A stretch of DNA of 60,207 nt, counting the filler, from Dirinaria sp. TL-2023a (taxonomy: Eukaryota), in assembly GCA_051941275.1 (NCBI GenBank). It is 3 parts of 3 records of this genome, joined end to end, with 100 filler letters (N's around TTAATTAATTAA, not from the genome) between each part and the next. Parts side by side here need not be neighbours in the genome. Positions count along the whole stretch, not along the records: positions 20,120 to 40,117 come from JAVEBF010000304.1; positions 40,218 to 60,207 come from JAVEBF010000305.1; 1 more part is not named here. One strand, written 5' to 3'. The notes beneath the pieces were generated by a model that was given only the letters and a program-made list of their open reading frames with translations, was not told where the DNA came from and made no database searches. Within the stretch, counting starts at the first letter, position 1; each line of letters opens with the position of its first letter. The translations under genes and the position numbers were made by a program. Shown here one piece after another: positions 28,217 to 40,498 of this stretch.

Positions 28217-29648
28217 TCAATTTCTCTCGAGATCTACTTCCGAAGTGGGTTGACAAGGTCGTCTCCCAACTGCTTTCGGCAGCCGATCAGTCAACATGTC
28301 GTAATCTGGATTCGGGTCGTGGTGAAGGGGTTGATTCGCTATCAATGATAGGTTCTCGCCTCCCTCAGCATTCGCATCCGTGAATGAGCTTGGGTCTGGT
28401 TCGTAGCCGGCGGCGAAGACATGGCAACCGAATCCTGCGTCGTAGTGGATTGTTTCGCCAGAGGGATCTCCTTCAGCCGAAGGCGCTGGGGTCAAATCCT
28501 GTAAGCGAGTATTGTTATGTACTAAAAGGGGAGAGAAGGGTGATAGGAGCTGAGCGTGGAGTGTTTTCGCCAAGCACCGGGTCAGGGGTGGCATAGTTGG
28601 TGTTGCCACAGTGTACTGCTTTCCTTTCCCCAACCGCCCAGATTGCTCCGATAGAAAGCGGTCCATTGCCCTCATCCGATTTCTATAGCCAGCAATGGAC
28701 ATAATACCATAGACAGCCTCCAGGCCGCCGAACACGGCAATGTCTTGGCAGTCCTCGGGTTTAGCTGGGTCGCGTGTCCACCCTCTCAGACCTCGCTCGG
28801 CTGAATTGGCGTACGATGGAGGACGCAACTTACGTGCTAGTTTGCTCATTAAATCGCGATATGCTAAGCACACACGTAGTGAAGCGTAAGGAGTGTAATG
28901 CCTCAAGACCCAGCCTGAGAGTAGAGCAGCGATGTCATGTTGGTAGAATCCCACGGACAGAAGGTAGACGAAATTTGCTCTAAACGCCTCCAAGAAATGA
29001 CCTAGAAGCAGAAAGTACGGTTTGATATCTTGAATAGCATCTTGGTAAGTGTTCCACCGTGCTGGCTGCTTTGCCCACAAGGATATATTCTGCGCATACG
29101 CCTCATTGAGAATGTCGATAATGAGGAGCCGCGCCAATTTGTCCACAAGATTGACACGGTGCGTCAGTGCTACAAGATGTTTGAGAGTAGGGAATACTCT
29201 GGGCAAAGCCGTGCAGCCATAGATTTCTAAAGCCAGACGTATGATCCAAGACTTCCTAAGTAACATGGAAACCAGAGCTTCCTCCTGAGAGGAGACGATA
29301 TGATTGAGCGTTTTGCATGAGAGCTGAAGATTGGCAATCTCCCTCGGAGACAAGAGATGAGAAATTTCAAGAAAGAGCTCGACTGGGAGGGACAGTAACG
29401 GAGAGTCTACCAGGCTGTAAGGCCGTCAACTCGGTAATCAAGATGGATAGAACCCAAACTGTAGATGCATACTTAGCGTCGCTTCTTTCAATTGAATCGT
29501 TTCTGGGTTTAGTATGCGATGCGACTCTACTTGGCCCTTCATCAATCCTTACTTCAGATGATAGCCCTTGAGCACGCGTCATACTACCCTTCCTTATTCT
29601 TAATGGCATAGCTAGTGCCTTTGCTATAGAAGCGCGTCTACCGCCCAT
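28217..29648 (-). CDS. F-box domain protein, 2 exons
   Basis: A GTATGC..TACAG intron (about 29415-29472) joins the MGGRRAS.. exon to SPLLSLPVELFLEISHLLSPREIANLQLSCKTL, which fits the F-box consensus, and on into the 378-aa ORF. Confidence 0.75.
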
Positions 29649-30062
29649 GCTGAGAGCGCCAATTGCGAGCGCAGTATGTGCTATCAAAGCACAGTCGGGC
29701 TCTCTAGTTCTATTAGAGAAACAAGGTCTGCGAATGGAAATGGAGATATAAGAGAGAAGTAATTGGATACGATCGGAACACACTGAAAAGAGGATCACCT
29801 ACCTCAATTACCATATACGGATCTTAGGTAAGCAGAGTAAATACTAAGGTGCTATTCTTCCAATAGTATGGCTGCGCTCAGTAGCTGCAATATCTATTCT
29901 AAGGGTGGTGAGAAAGAAACGCGCAAGGAGGCGTCTGGACGAATCCAACCAATGACGTAGCCACTAGTACTCGTACAGTACTTTACCTCGGCTTAGGGTT
30001 TCAAGCTCGCACCACTGAAACCAAGACAGCGGCAGAGATAGGTACTCACCTACCGATGTAGA

Positions 30063-31375
30063 ATGGCCTCATATAGCAGCGGCTCCTCGGACGAGGATAT
30101 CGACGACTACACCACAACCAACACTCTCCTCGGCTACGCCTCAAAAGCACTCCCAGACGATCCATTCAACCAGCTCGGGGGCCAGCCGGTAAGCACAGCG
30201 TTCAAATATCAATCCATCCTCATATAAATACCCCATCCAAACTAACAGAACCGGGCTAGACATGGCCAGATCCTGGAAATCCTCCTTCGGCAGCGCTTGC
30301 GAAATGCAAAGTCTGCAACCGCATGATGACGCTGCTGTTGCAACTCAACGGCGATCTCCCCGAGCGGTTCCCGGGTCATGAGCGGACGCTCTATATCTTC
30401 GCTTGCCGCTCCAAGACATGCAAGAAGAAAACCGGCAGTATCAGGGCCTTCCGAGGATCCAGAATCTCCCAGTCGGTACCTAGCCAGGGAAGAAGACCTA
30501 GCGATAGCCCACCTCGCAAAGCCACAGCGCCCATGCTTGGAGACAGCATCTTCGGCACCACCACCTCCTCGAACAACAATGCAAACCCATTCGCAACAAC
30601 CAGCACTGCCGCTGTATCTAACCCGAATCCCTTCTCCACCACCACCACCGCAGCAGCGGCAGCAGCAAATGCACTCCAAGACCTCGCTTCGAAACCACCT
30701 CAACCACCCTCTTCTACCGACCTGCCCACCACATTCGCTCAAAAAGCGCGTATCTCCTCTCCTGCACCATATTCACCACCACCTCCTCCAGAACCATGGC
30801 CACCAGAATCCGCTCTGCCCCCACCATACCCAAGCTACTACCTCGAAGCCGACTACGAAACCCTCGACAAATCGCCTTCCCCGACTCCTCCACCATCTAC
30901 AAAGACCCTTAACAATATCGACGAGGAACCATCCTCCAGTGCTGGCGGCGGCAGCGGCGGCAAAGAAGATGCCACGGCGTACGAATCGTCCTTAGACAAG
31001 ACCTTCCAGAAATTCGCTTCCTGCCTCTCTCACAACCCTTTACAGGTGCTGCGGTACGAGATGTGTGGATCACCACTCCTGTACAGCACAAGCGATAGCG
31101 TGGGAAGGATGTTTTCGGGGACAACGCCGCGGGTCCCGCGGTGTGAAGGTTGTGCGGGAGGGAGGGTGTTTGAGTTGCAGTTGGTGCCGCAGGCGATTGC
31201 GGAGTTGGAGGTTGAGGAGGTTGGGTTGGAGGGCATGGAGTGGGGTACTGTGGTGCTGGCGGTTTGTGAGCGGGATTGTGGCGGGCAGGGGTGGTGTTGG
31301 AGGGAGGAGTGGGTCGGCGTGCAGTGGGAGGAGAGTGCTGGTGGGGGAACCGCTGGGGGGAGGGCGAAGCGGTGA
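30063..31375 (+). CDS. TSR4: Tsr4/PDCD2-family uS5 chaperone for 20S rRNA accumulation; one intron
   Basis: TNTLLGYA..NQLGGQP|TWPD..AKCKVCNRMMTLLLQLNGD, HERTLYIFAC, DKTFQKF..NPLQVLRY, RVFELQLVP and GMEWGTVVLAVC..EEWVGVQWEE. Confidence 0.92.
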
Positions 31376-31541
31376 GGTAGGGAAAGCATTCGGTGGATCG
31401 GACACAGTATAGAGACTTTTAATAATTAATGTATGTTCAAACCTGAGGTATCAGCAAGTTATGGAAGGAAGGGGAAAGCTTCGTTCCTGCCAAGCTGAAG
31501 CACGTCGAATGTTGATGCCCTAAACTTGTGCCATTATGCTC

Positions 31542-33605
31542 TCACCCATCCATGAGCTTTCTCGCTTTCATCTCTTTCCTCCGCCGCTTTTCAGCCTTCC
31601 GTTTCGCCCTTTCCTCTGGAGTCTCATCCCTATGCTTCGATTTCCTTTGAGGTGAAGGGTCTTTACCATCGAGCCGATCTCCATTCACCTCCTCTAGAGC
31701 GTGTTGTGCACCTACGTTTCGGTCGGTTGGAGCAGTCGGTGGAGAAGAATCCTCCTTAGGACTCCTATCAACTAAGTTGTAGGCTGATTGGCCGTCGTCC
31801 CGTTTCCTCCTGGATTTGCTTCCATGCTTTAGAGACACGGCTTCTGAGATTCCGCCAGTGGGAGAGGCCGCTTTCCCGTTGGCTTGAGGTTTTGGCTCTT
31901 TTCGCTGCTTCGACGATTCACTTCGCGATTTTAGGTCGCTTGCTTCGGTTGAAACTGGATCTCTATCATGATCTGAACGAGGTTTGTGTGCGATCGAACT
32001 TGAGTGATGTTCGTTCCTCCTAGCGTCTTTGTCTCTGCGTGATGATTTATGCTTCTTAGGTTTATCCTTTACTGAAGATGATTCCGTGCCATTGACGGTC
32101 GACGTCGTAGGTAAAGCACCCTTTCGCGCCTTTTTGGAACTTTGGTCTCTGTTGCGGGTGCTGTCGGCATCTGGCTCATCACGCTTTCGCTTTTTTACAG
32201 GAGACCCCAGCCCAAGTCCCTGAGGTACACGAAATTGTGGCACTTGATTCGTGCCATCTGGCCGGCTTTCAGATTGGGAATCTTCGCTCTCAGAAGCACC
32301 GAAGGGCTTATACCGCATTTTCAAGCCCTCAGGTTGCTTCCGTATAGGCTTTCTGTAAGGCGTTCTCTCAGCATCTGCCGTGTTAGGTAAAGACCCTTTG
32401 GATCCAAGATGAATGATTTGCTGCAAGCGCAACTTCCTTGTAACGTCAACATTCGAAGGCTTGTAAAAATTGGCTTCGGCGGAGGGCAGCAGAAGCGATT
32501 CATGAGGATCTCCATTTTCTTCTATCAAGCCGTATTCGGCACCCTTATAGGACATGATCGCCGAGCCATCTACAACGCTTTGCTTTCTAACCTCCGTGAT
32601 CGAGCTAATAGGTACTGAAGCCGGAGCCGTGATATGCCATATCTGTTTGCTTTGAAGAAAAGAAGTTGACAAAAGCTCTGCTAGATTGTCATCATCACCG
32701 ACTGAGATTGTTGCGGTTTCAAACCCAGGCGGCGGGGCATAAGGTAGCAGTGGCGGCTCATTTGTCGCCTGAGACGGCGTCTTGGACCTGATCTGTGATG
32801 TATCGTGGTCGCTCTCTTCGCTCCGGGACTCTTCTTCTCCATCGCTTTCGCTCGATGCTTCGCTCCCAGAATCTTGCGCTGTCTCGAAGCCGCTGGAGTC
32901 CTCTTCAGACGTCTCTGGACCCTTCGCGTGAACTGACTTTATTGCTGATTTCGCAGGCTTCAACGACACTTCTACTGAGCTCCGAGACTCGGACTGTGAT
33001 TTTTTCTTAGCATGTTTTGAAGACAGTTCTCCAAAGGTCTGAGACTGAGGCTGTGATCTTGTCCGAGCGGGCTTTTGCTTCAATCTGCTGGATCCTTCGC
33101 TCTCACTGCTCTCGGAATTCATTGCCATAGAAGTGTGGCCATCACTGTCCGCCTTTCTCGGATATGCAGCTGATACCTTGGTCTCAGGTCTGACGACGGC
33201 ACCATTTAAGGACGAGTTAGATAGTGCAATTTTCTTCGTTCGTTTTCGATCATGAACTTGCTCTTCAGTATCATTTCCCGCATCACTTGACTTGTTCTCA
33301 CTAACATTTGGACTTGAGTTTCTACTTTTTGATTTTTTTGATTTTTTCCCAGCCTTTGCAGGGACTAAGGTCTGCTTCTCTGTATCATTCAAAGAATTGG
33401 CTCGCCGTAAAGCTTTCAGCGGCTTTTGACGGCTAGCTTTGTTTGCTTCAATGGTGGAGACTTCTGTTACCTCGTCCTGGTCGTCGGAGTCCTCAACGAG
33501 CTCCGCGCTCTTGAAAGGCTTCTGAGGCCCTTTAGGTGCTGGTGCTGGCTTCGAAACCTTTTTCTTGGGCGGCCTGGCCGTTAAAGGCTTCGATATAGAC
33601 ATCAT
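31542..33605 (-). CDS. RPA34: RNA polymerase I subunit RPA34.5-like protein with K/S-rich tails
   Basis: YAPPPGF, KQIWHITAPASVPISSI and RKQPEGLKMRYKPFG, with highly basic C-terminal repeats. The first in-frame ATG is at 33605; the ORF-track start is a GTG. Confidence 0.75.
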   Translation of the reverse strand: MMSISKPLTARPPKKKVSKPAPAPKGPQKPFKSAELVEDSDDQDEVTEVSTIEANKASRQKPLKALRRANSLNDTEKQTLVPAKAGKKSKKSKSRNSSPNVSENKSSDAGNDTEEQVHDRKRTKKIALSNSSLNGAVVRPETKVSAAYPRKADSDGHTSMAMNSESSESEGSSRLKQKPARTRSQPQSQTFGELSSKHAKKKSQSESRSSVEVSLKPAKSAIKSVHAKGPETSEEDSSGFETAQDSGSEASSESDGEEESRSEESDHDTSQIRSKTPSQATNEPPLLPYAPPPGFETATISVGDDDNLAELLSTSFLQSKQIWHITAPASVPISSITEVRKQSVVDGSAIMSYKGAEYGLIEENGDPHESLLLPSAEANFYKPSNVDVTRKLRLQQIIHLGSKGSLPNTADAERTPYRKPIRKQPEGLKMRYKPFGASESEDSQSESRPDGTNQVPQFRVPQGLGLGSPVKKRKRDEPDADSTRNRDQSSKKARKGALPTTSTVNGTESSSVKDKPKKHKSSRRDKDARRNEHHSSSIAHKPRSDHDRDPVSTEASDLKSRSESSKQRKEPKPQANGKAASPTGGISEAVSLKHGSKSRRKRDDGQSAYNLVDRSPKEDSSPPTAPTDRNVGAQHALEEVNGDRLDGKDPSPQRKSKHRDETPEERAKRKAEKRRRKEMKARKLMDG

Positions 33606-33692
33606 TGGTGCCACTGTGCCCTACATGTTGCCGAGCTGCGACATCTGGAATGGTTGTGTGCAAAATTAGAGGGGTCGAGCCTGGCGTGGTAG

Positions 33693-33730
33693 CTAACCCT
33701 AAAATTTTTGATATGCATGTGCGAGCCCTA
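33693..33730. promoter_or_regulatory. Candidate ribosome-biogenesis promoter elements in the RPA34/GRC3 bidirectional promoter
   Basis: CTAACCCTA (telobox-like) directly abuts AAAATTTTT (RRPE-like), with GAGCCCTAA about 20 nt later, within a 340-bp divergent intergenic region. Confidence 0.45.
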
Positions 33731-33944
33731 AAGTACAGTACCTATGTAACTTCATCATATCCCACTTCTGACTTTATCCAAAACATTGGCATGCAGTGCA
33801 TGCTTGAATACGTGATCAATCGGTTTCAGGAAAATTGAAACTGCCTCAATAATATCAATCGATGACAGATATCGAAAGCGAATACCCTGGTCGAATAGTC
33901 CATTGACTTGACCCAGTTTGGCAAAGAAATGACTTGAAATTAGG

Positions 33945-36557
33945 ATGTCCAGGCCACTCAGCGCATTTGCTGCCCGCAAAGCCACCACAAATCCATCCGA
34001 AGAGGTTGGCAAGGAGCAGAGCACTTTGGAGCAAACGCCGCAAGTTTCTGTGCCGCATTACAGCGCTCAAACTCCACCGGCAAAAAAACAGAAGACAAGG
34101 GTTGAGCAGGAGGTATTAACAACTTCTTCAAGTCCATCAGCAAATAATGTTGCACCTCAAACTTTACAGGAGGACCAAGTACCCAATCTTGGATCCCCAT
34201 CCGAGCGCAACTCTATAGATATTCCCGAGTCAGAAAATTCGGCCGATGATATCCAAGACGAGGCGCATTCTGATCAAGAGAACGGGCGGGTCAGACCGGT
34301 CTATGATTCCGATTTCGAGCGCGACGAGTAAGTTCTACGGTTTTCGTGATGCAGGTTTCTTACATCCTTGGCCCAGCTCTGCTTCTGAGATCTCCCACCC
34401 CGATGAATCATCCATACAACAACTATCCAGTTTGAATCCAACCAAAAACAAAATGTTGTCTGAATCGGTTCACGAGTGGAGTATTAGTCTGGGAGAACGA
34501 GATGTTTGTATTTGCGCAACTTGAAGTATTCCCTGACTAATTGGCTTTATAAGCTTTTGACACTCGTAGGCCAGTATGATGTTTGGGTACGCCGAGGAGC
34601 TGTCACGATTTTAGGAGCCGTACTCCGTCCGAGCTCTCGACTTCACCGTGTGTATGCGCCCTCGACACACTCTCTTCCATCGGTGCGGCAATTGAAAGAC
34701 CCTTTTGGTCCGCCAAATCAATCAGCAGAGATCACCATCCTGGGATGCAGTACTGGGATCAGATTGCTCAAGCACGCTTCCCCGACATTCCGTAGGATCT
34801 GGAATCATAAGCATGATTCAGGCAACGGAAACAATCCTTCCATTGGGCTACTTGGCCGAACTTTTGCTCACGTTAGTCTCAGTCTCTGGATCTTATAGGA
34901 GGGTCTGCTCACAGATAGGCTTTAGCTCAAAAGCTCGGCAGATGACCGACATAAACGGCCATTGCGCATTATAGAGCCGTTGGCAGACAGGCAATCTTTG
35001 ACTACGAAACTGCTAACGGAAAAGCGCCAGCGGCCACCAACGATCATGATCAGCGGGCCTAAAGGATCAGGAAAGTCGACCTTTGCGCGCATGCTGGTGA
35101 ATGCCATGCTTACTAGATCTGGTCCCGCCTCGCAGACTAACAAGCCTGTGCCGACGGATGGAGTAGCTTTCTTGGATGTGGATCCTGGCCAGCCAGAATT
35201 CTCGCCTCCTGGGGAACTTTCACTCGTACACTTGAGGTCTTGCTACTTCGGACCTCCATTTACACATCCGTTGATTGCAGCCGGTAGTGGAAATCACCTA
35301 GTACGAGCCCATCATGTTGGAGTACTGTCACCAAAAGAGGACCCGAAGTATTACATGTCTTGCGCTGTAAACCTCCTAAAAACTTATCAGCAACTGCTTG
35401 TGCGATACCCATCGTGTCCTCTGATCGTCAACTGTGCCGGGTGGGTACAAGGCACTGGTTTAGAGTTACTGCTCGATCTCATCAAAACTCAATACTTTAG
35501 TGACGTTGTGTATACCAGCACGCGTGGGCCACAGGAGGTTGTCGAAAGTTTAACGAAAGCGGCCAACGGAGTCAGCGGCTCCATTCATTTGCTGACTTCC
35601 CAAGATTCGAGTGTTACGACAAGAACCTCTGCAGATCTCCGAGCTATGCAGACGATTTCGTATTTTCACCTCGATGAACCAGAGGTAGGAAACCTGCGGT
35701 GGGCTTCAACTCCTGTAACGCACCAAGTACCACTCGTTGTGCATTGGTCAGGTGACAAGCAAGCTCTGTTTGCGGTCATGGCTCTTGACGATTTTGACCC
35801 AGACACGTTGTTCACCATTTTAAATGGGTGCGTTGTGGGTCTAGTCGCCATTGAAGACGACCAAGCTCTACTGGACTGCAGGGCTTCGGGAAAGGAGAGA
35901 CAGCGTCTACAGCAGGATGACGACGAACATTTGGAGGCTTTGGTGCAAGATTCTGAGACCGTCCCACCGCAGCCGAACCCCTTCGTAGTGGCAAGAGTGG
36001 ACTGCACGAGCGACAGTGATTCGGACAATCGTTCATCTGGCGATTATCATAGAGTGCCGGGTCGGACCGAGTCATCAACCAGACATTTGATGCACCCTTG
36101 CATCTCCCGCAATTCCGAGGACATGCCGTACATCAAGTCTAAAGGCGGCAGGAAGCGCCTGGATCCAGCCCTATCGCATTGCCTAGGCCAGGCCCTGGTC
36201 AGGGGCATCGATCTCCGAGCTCGGTGCTTCCATCTTCTCACGCCGGTTCCTTCTGCAACTCTTCAGCGGCTTCACCAGCGGAGAACGAAGATTGTCTTGG
36301 TGCGCGGCAAGCTGGACACGCCCAAGTGGGCTTTCCAGGAAGAGTATGAGAATGGTGCCGCCTTTCGGCGGAAGCTCAGAAAGGAAAACCCCGACGCCGC
36401 AGACCACGTCGATGCCGAAGACCTGCGTCAATGGGCTGATAGAACGCCCTACATTAGCGGAGTCAATGAACCACGGATCCAAAGTGCATCAGCCAAGGTG
36501 TGGAAGGTGAGAAGGGATCTGAAGCCACGTGTATCAGGAGATGATAGCGATGGGTAA
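33945..36557 (+). CDS. GRC3: Polynucleotide 5'-hydroxyl kinase Grc3/Nol9 (Clp1 family), about 4 exons
   Basis: Walker A GPKGSGKSTFAR, FLDVDPGQPEFSPPG, PLIVNCAGWVQGTG, LGQALVRGID..FHLLTP and VLVRGKLDTP. Confidence 0.93.
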
Positions 36558-37000
36558 AGTGCACGTACCTTGGTACATCAAAGTATATCTGATTCTGGGT
36601 CACGGGGGTAGGAGGCTTGAGCATTGCATGGCTTTCTACAAACATCCAGGAGGTGTCGATGACGTAGGATGCTTGTGGTGGATGTATGTATGTATGTATG
36701 AGTCGAGATACCCCTTTTCCAGTTCTACCATTCAAGTAGACACAGCTACGGAGTAGTACCAGTGATACAACTTGACAACTGTCCCAAATCCCAATCGAGC
36801 GCTGCTACCTGGATGATTATGCCAGATTAATGCCCGGGACCAGCGACGGGATAATCTGATTTGACATGTGGATGATGTGGTTCGGGACGGTGCCTCGGGG
36901 ATAATGGGCCCGGGACTGGTTACAGTGGTTAAAGGGTACCGGCATGCATGTGGATAAGGCTAATGCACCGATCTCGATCCTTGTGCCAAGCGATCTGTGC

Positions 37001-37042
37001 ACTGTGCAGTGACTGTGTAGTGACTGTGCAGTGACTGTGCAG
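37001..37042. repeat. About four tandem copies of an 11-bp unit, ACTGTGCAGTG
   Basis: Read directly: actgtgcagtg-actgtgtagtg-actgtgcagtg-actgtgcag. Confidence 0.8.
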
Positions 37043-37717
37043 GTCTGGCAGGCCGGAATAAGCAACAGAGTTCTACACCGCCAGATTGGGACAGCACATA
37101 CACACACACTACTTTTTGTGCTTGATTAAATCAGTATCTGTGAGCAGAATGACGAGATATATATGACCACCCTTCAACACCACAAATTATGTCCATGTTG
37201 TTGTCTTGTGAATCTGTTGGGTTCTACTGTACTACAACTGGCACTCTGGCTGTGGTTAGGGTCAAAGCGATGGCCGACTTGCGACGGCTTTCCTCACCGT
37301 CATAGCCAAAGCCTAAAACTTCCCGCTTGATTGGAGCGCATTGCACAACTCTGTCGCCGCCGCTCGGAAGTAGAAGGAAGGAGAGCACACGACTCCTCTT
37401 CTGAGCGCCTGCAACGCTTTCACCAGCTGCTCAGCTCCTGAAATTCTCCATCGCAGTTCCGTCGTGGCCGTGGGTTTTTTTTTCCCGGTCGGTCTTACAA
37501 CACGACAACCCGGATCCGGCCAACGTGGCACCCCGTTCAGGGTCCATTATTCATCATCCCTAACACAAGGCACCCAAGTAGTGAATGCGAGCGAAGGACG
37601 ACACCGCTATTCCCCTATTCTGACATCATTATCTCGGGCCTTGGAGCGAAAAAGACATGTGGCGTCTTAGGCACCAGCGACGGTGAGAGAGAGAGAGATA
37701 GAGAGAGTGGGGTGACG

Positions 37718-39203
37718 ATGGATTTTATTGTGAGTGGCGTCTGTTCAGCGTCAAGCCCCGGGAGATCAATAGGTCATCTGCACAATCGTATAGAACAAGT
37801 CTACTTTGGGTGGCAAATCTTCCCTGAACCAAGCGCGCGCGTTTCTGGCAAACGGCGGCGACGGCGACTCTTCCCGCATCGCACCCAAACAGGCAGTTTG
37901 GCAGTGGCTAACGCTCCGCGCGTCTTTCCAGATTTCTCTAGCACATTTCTGCGAGAATGACGGCCCGACGTCCATCGTATGCACCCAGGTCCTGCCCGTC
38001 TCATGCCCATGCAGTTCTCTGGCCTCGGTTTCATCCAGCATCGGCGATCTGGGTGCGCCAGCCCTACCACACCCTGTCACGTTCCAGCGCTCAGGGAATA
38101 AGCGGTCCTCTTCCACGGGGCCAGACAGTCGAGATCTAGATGAGGCGCTTGCAGAGCATGCACACGCCGCCCTGCACCTGCAACATCACCCCGTCTCGCA
38201 AGATGACCGGCCGCGGAGCCAGTCTTCGGATTCCCAGAGGAGAAGAGCCTACAAGGTCCTCGGCGACGACGGGGGATGCGCAAGCTGCACCATGAGTATA
38301 CCGGAAAAGATCCGCTCAAAACTACCCTCCGGCGCACCAGGAAGCCCAGGACCGAATGGCAAGAGCAAGGATAGCAGTCCGGTACTGCGGTCTAGAGAAG
38401 CTGTTCATGCGTGTGGCAGCGACCATTCCGACTCCGGTACCGATGAGGACCTGAGCCCCCACCAGTCGTCCCCGGACACGTGGGCTTCGGACACTTCCAT
38501 GTCGTCATGCCATACTCACACTCTTGAATTCGTAACAACTTCGAAGCCCATGAGGCCAAACACATATTCGATTCTGAGGCGAGCGAGCATTAGAACCTTG
38601 TCATGCGAGCAGTTACCTCGGGGTCTAACTGCGGGTCGCTTGTTCTTCGGAGATCCTGTGGCCGGATATGTGATCGCGTACAAGTTCCGGCTTACGGATG
38701 CCTATGCTCGCGGCCGCCAGAGACACTACGCATTACTGGCTCTGGCAGGCTATGACCCGGGACGAGCTTTCAAAGCCACTTCAACCATATGGCGATCATT
38801 TGAACGTATTGCTACCCGCATAATACATAATAGCGAAAAGACCCAAAGGAATAGCCAATCCCCCACCAACGAGAAACAGAAAGCGGTGCCCATCTCGTCG
38901 TTCCTGACACAGCGTACCATGGACCCTGACGGCTTTCCGCGCCGGGGAGGAGCCGTCATGCGCCCGAGAGGCCTTGCGGAGATTGTTGGCAATGACCTGT
39001 TCTTCGCTGAATTGCACAGGAGTTTTGTGGGCCTGTTGCAGTGCTTGGGCCGGCAGCTGGGCGGACTGGCTGTCGAGCCTCCTACTGACGAAGAAGACAT
39101 GGAGAGTAGCCGTGGCTCTTACGACGGCCGGGAGAGTCACCGATATGAAGAGATGGGGCAGCTGAAACGAGAGTCTCTCCGGACTACGCGAGTCACTGCA
39201 TGA
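37718..39203 (+). CDS. LST7: Folliculin/Lst7 family protein; 12-nt first coding exon and intron 37730-37931
   Basis: MDFI|ISLAHFCENDGPTSIVCTQ, CASC, IRTLSCE and LFFGDPVAGYVIAYKFRLTDAYARGRQRHYALL match folliculin N-terminal (longin) motifs. Confidence 0.88.
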
Positions 39204-39726
39204 GGTACTTGCGGGCATAGAACAGACCATCGGGCATGGGTTGGCGTGCAGGCTCGGATGATGATCGTCGATGCAGCGAGCTTTTTATTTTCGATTTTTG
39301 CTGCGATTAGCGATTTCGCTTCTTTCCCACTATGATACCCCCTTTTCTGCTATTAGAAGTTTTTGGTAGACGGTAGAACAATGCTACGATAGTGATAGTA
39401 CGGTAGAATTGGCAATACCAACGTGTTCAAGACTAAAATATGATTGCTGAGACGCTGAAGCTTGTACTACCTTAAGTAAAAATCAGTAATCGGATTTCCA
39501 TCCCTCTCCTTTGTCTCTGCAACATGTTTCATATCACTAAAAGTACCTGAGTGCATGTACTTGTACTTTGTCTAACCGGTTCCAACGCGGCAGCCGGCCC
39601 GCCTGACCGCACCGCACAAAACCCTCGAAGATAATGTGTTCTTCAACAACCCATCCATCCCCACTACATACTCCTCAAACCACCACAAAAAAACCTTTTC
39701 CCACACCCCACACCTAAGGTGCACAA

Positions 39727-39896
39727 ATGGGAATCGCATTCGACTACGCGCCAGACCGGCCCGAACACATCGACGCGATCCTCAACGGTCTCGACAGATA
39801 TAACCCGGAGACGACGGCCGTGTTCCAGGATTACGTGGCGCAGCAATGCGAAGACCGGACATATGACTGCTATGCCAACCTCGCGCTGCTGAAGCT
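39727..39896 (+). CDS. eIF3k: Translation initiation factor eIF3 subunit K, exon 1 only (truncated by the contig end)
   Basis: Not in the ORF track. [57 protein letters not shown] followed by a GTGAGT donor. Confidence 0.92.
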
Positions 39897-40117
39897 GTGA
39901 GTTTTTTTTTTTTTTTGCTGATTTTTCTTTCCTTGCGGTGAAGGAAAAGGGTAAAAAGAAGAAGAAGAAAAAAGGGAGAAAAAAGGGAGAAATGAATGAT
40001 GATCGAACAAAAACCACAAAACGTTTCCTATTACCTGAGTGGGATATGGTCCCAACTTTGAAGCAAGAAACAGTTATTAGCTCTATCTGAAGCTCTCCCT
40101 CCCCATCTCCCCCTTCC

Positions 40118-40217
40118 NNNNNNNNNNNNNNNNNNNNNNNNNNNNNNNNNNNNNNNNNNNNTTAATTAATTAANNNNNNNNNNNNNNNNNNNNNNNNNNN
40201 NNNNNNNNNNNNNNNNN
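40118..40217. other. Artificial contig-joining linker (N44-TTAATTAATTAA-N44)
   Basis: Identical 100-nt structure to the first linker. Confidence 0.98.
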
Positions 40218-40440
40218 ATTATGGCCATGTGCACAAGAAGAAAGTCCAACGCCAGTGGGTTGAAGTCTCTTCGAAATACTGTCGAGCGACTCAAATCTGA
40301 TATTGGCAGACTTGACGGATGCTTATCTGATGTTCAAGGTGAGTTCTTGACATTTACTTGAGAAATTAGCTTGACTGCTAACTTTCGTAGAAGAAATGGT
40401 GGACCGAATTTTCAAATTCGATAACAATGTGGATCATTGA
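40218..40440 (+). CDS. Short or 5'-truncated spliced coding fragment, coiled-coil-like
   Basis: ..LKSLRNTVERLKSDIGRLDGCLSDVQ, a canonical GTGAGT..GCTAAC..TAG intron (40339-40390), then in-frame EEMVDRIFKFDNNVDH*. Confidence 0.35.
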
Positions 40441-40498
40441 AAACGATAAAGAGACTCGATGTAGGACACGGGAGACGATTTCTCAGGAGGCCCAGACT

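Noticed and set aside
29991..30014. GGTTTCAAGCTCGCACCA resembling a tRNA 3' end
   Set aside because: No cloverleaf or acceptor-stem pairing upstream; better explained as TSR4 promoter sequence.
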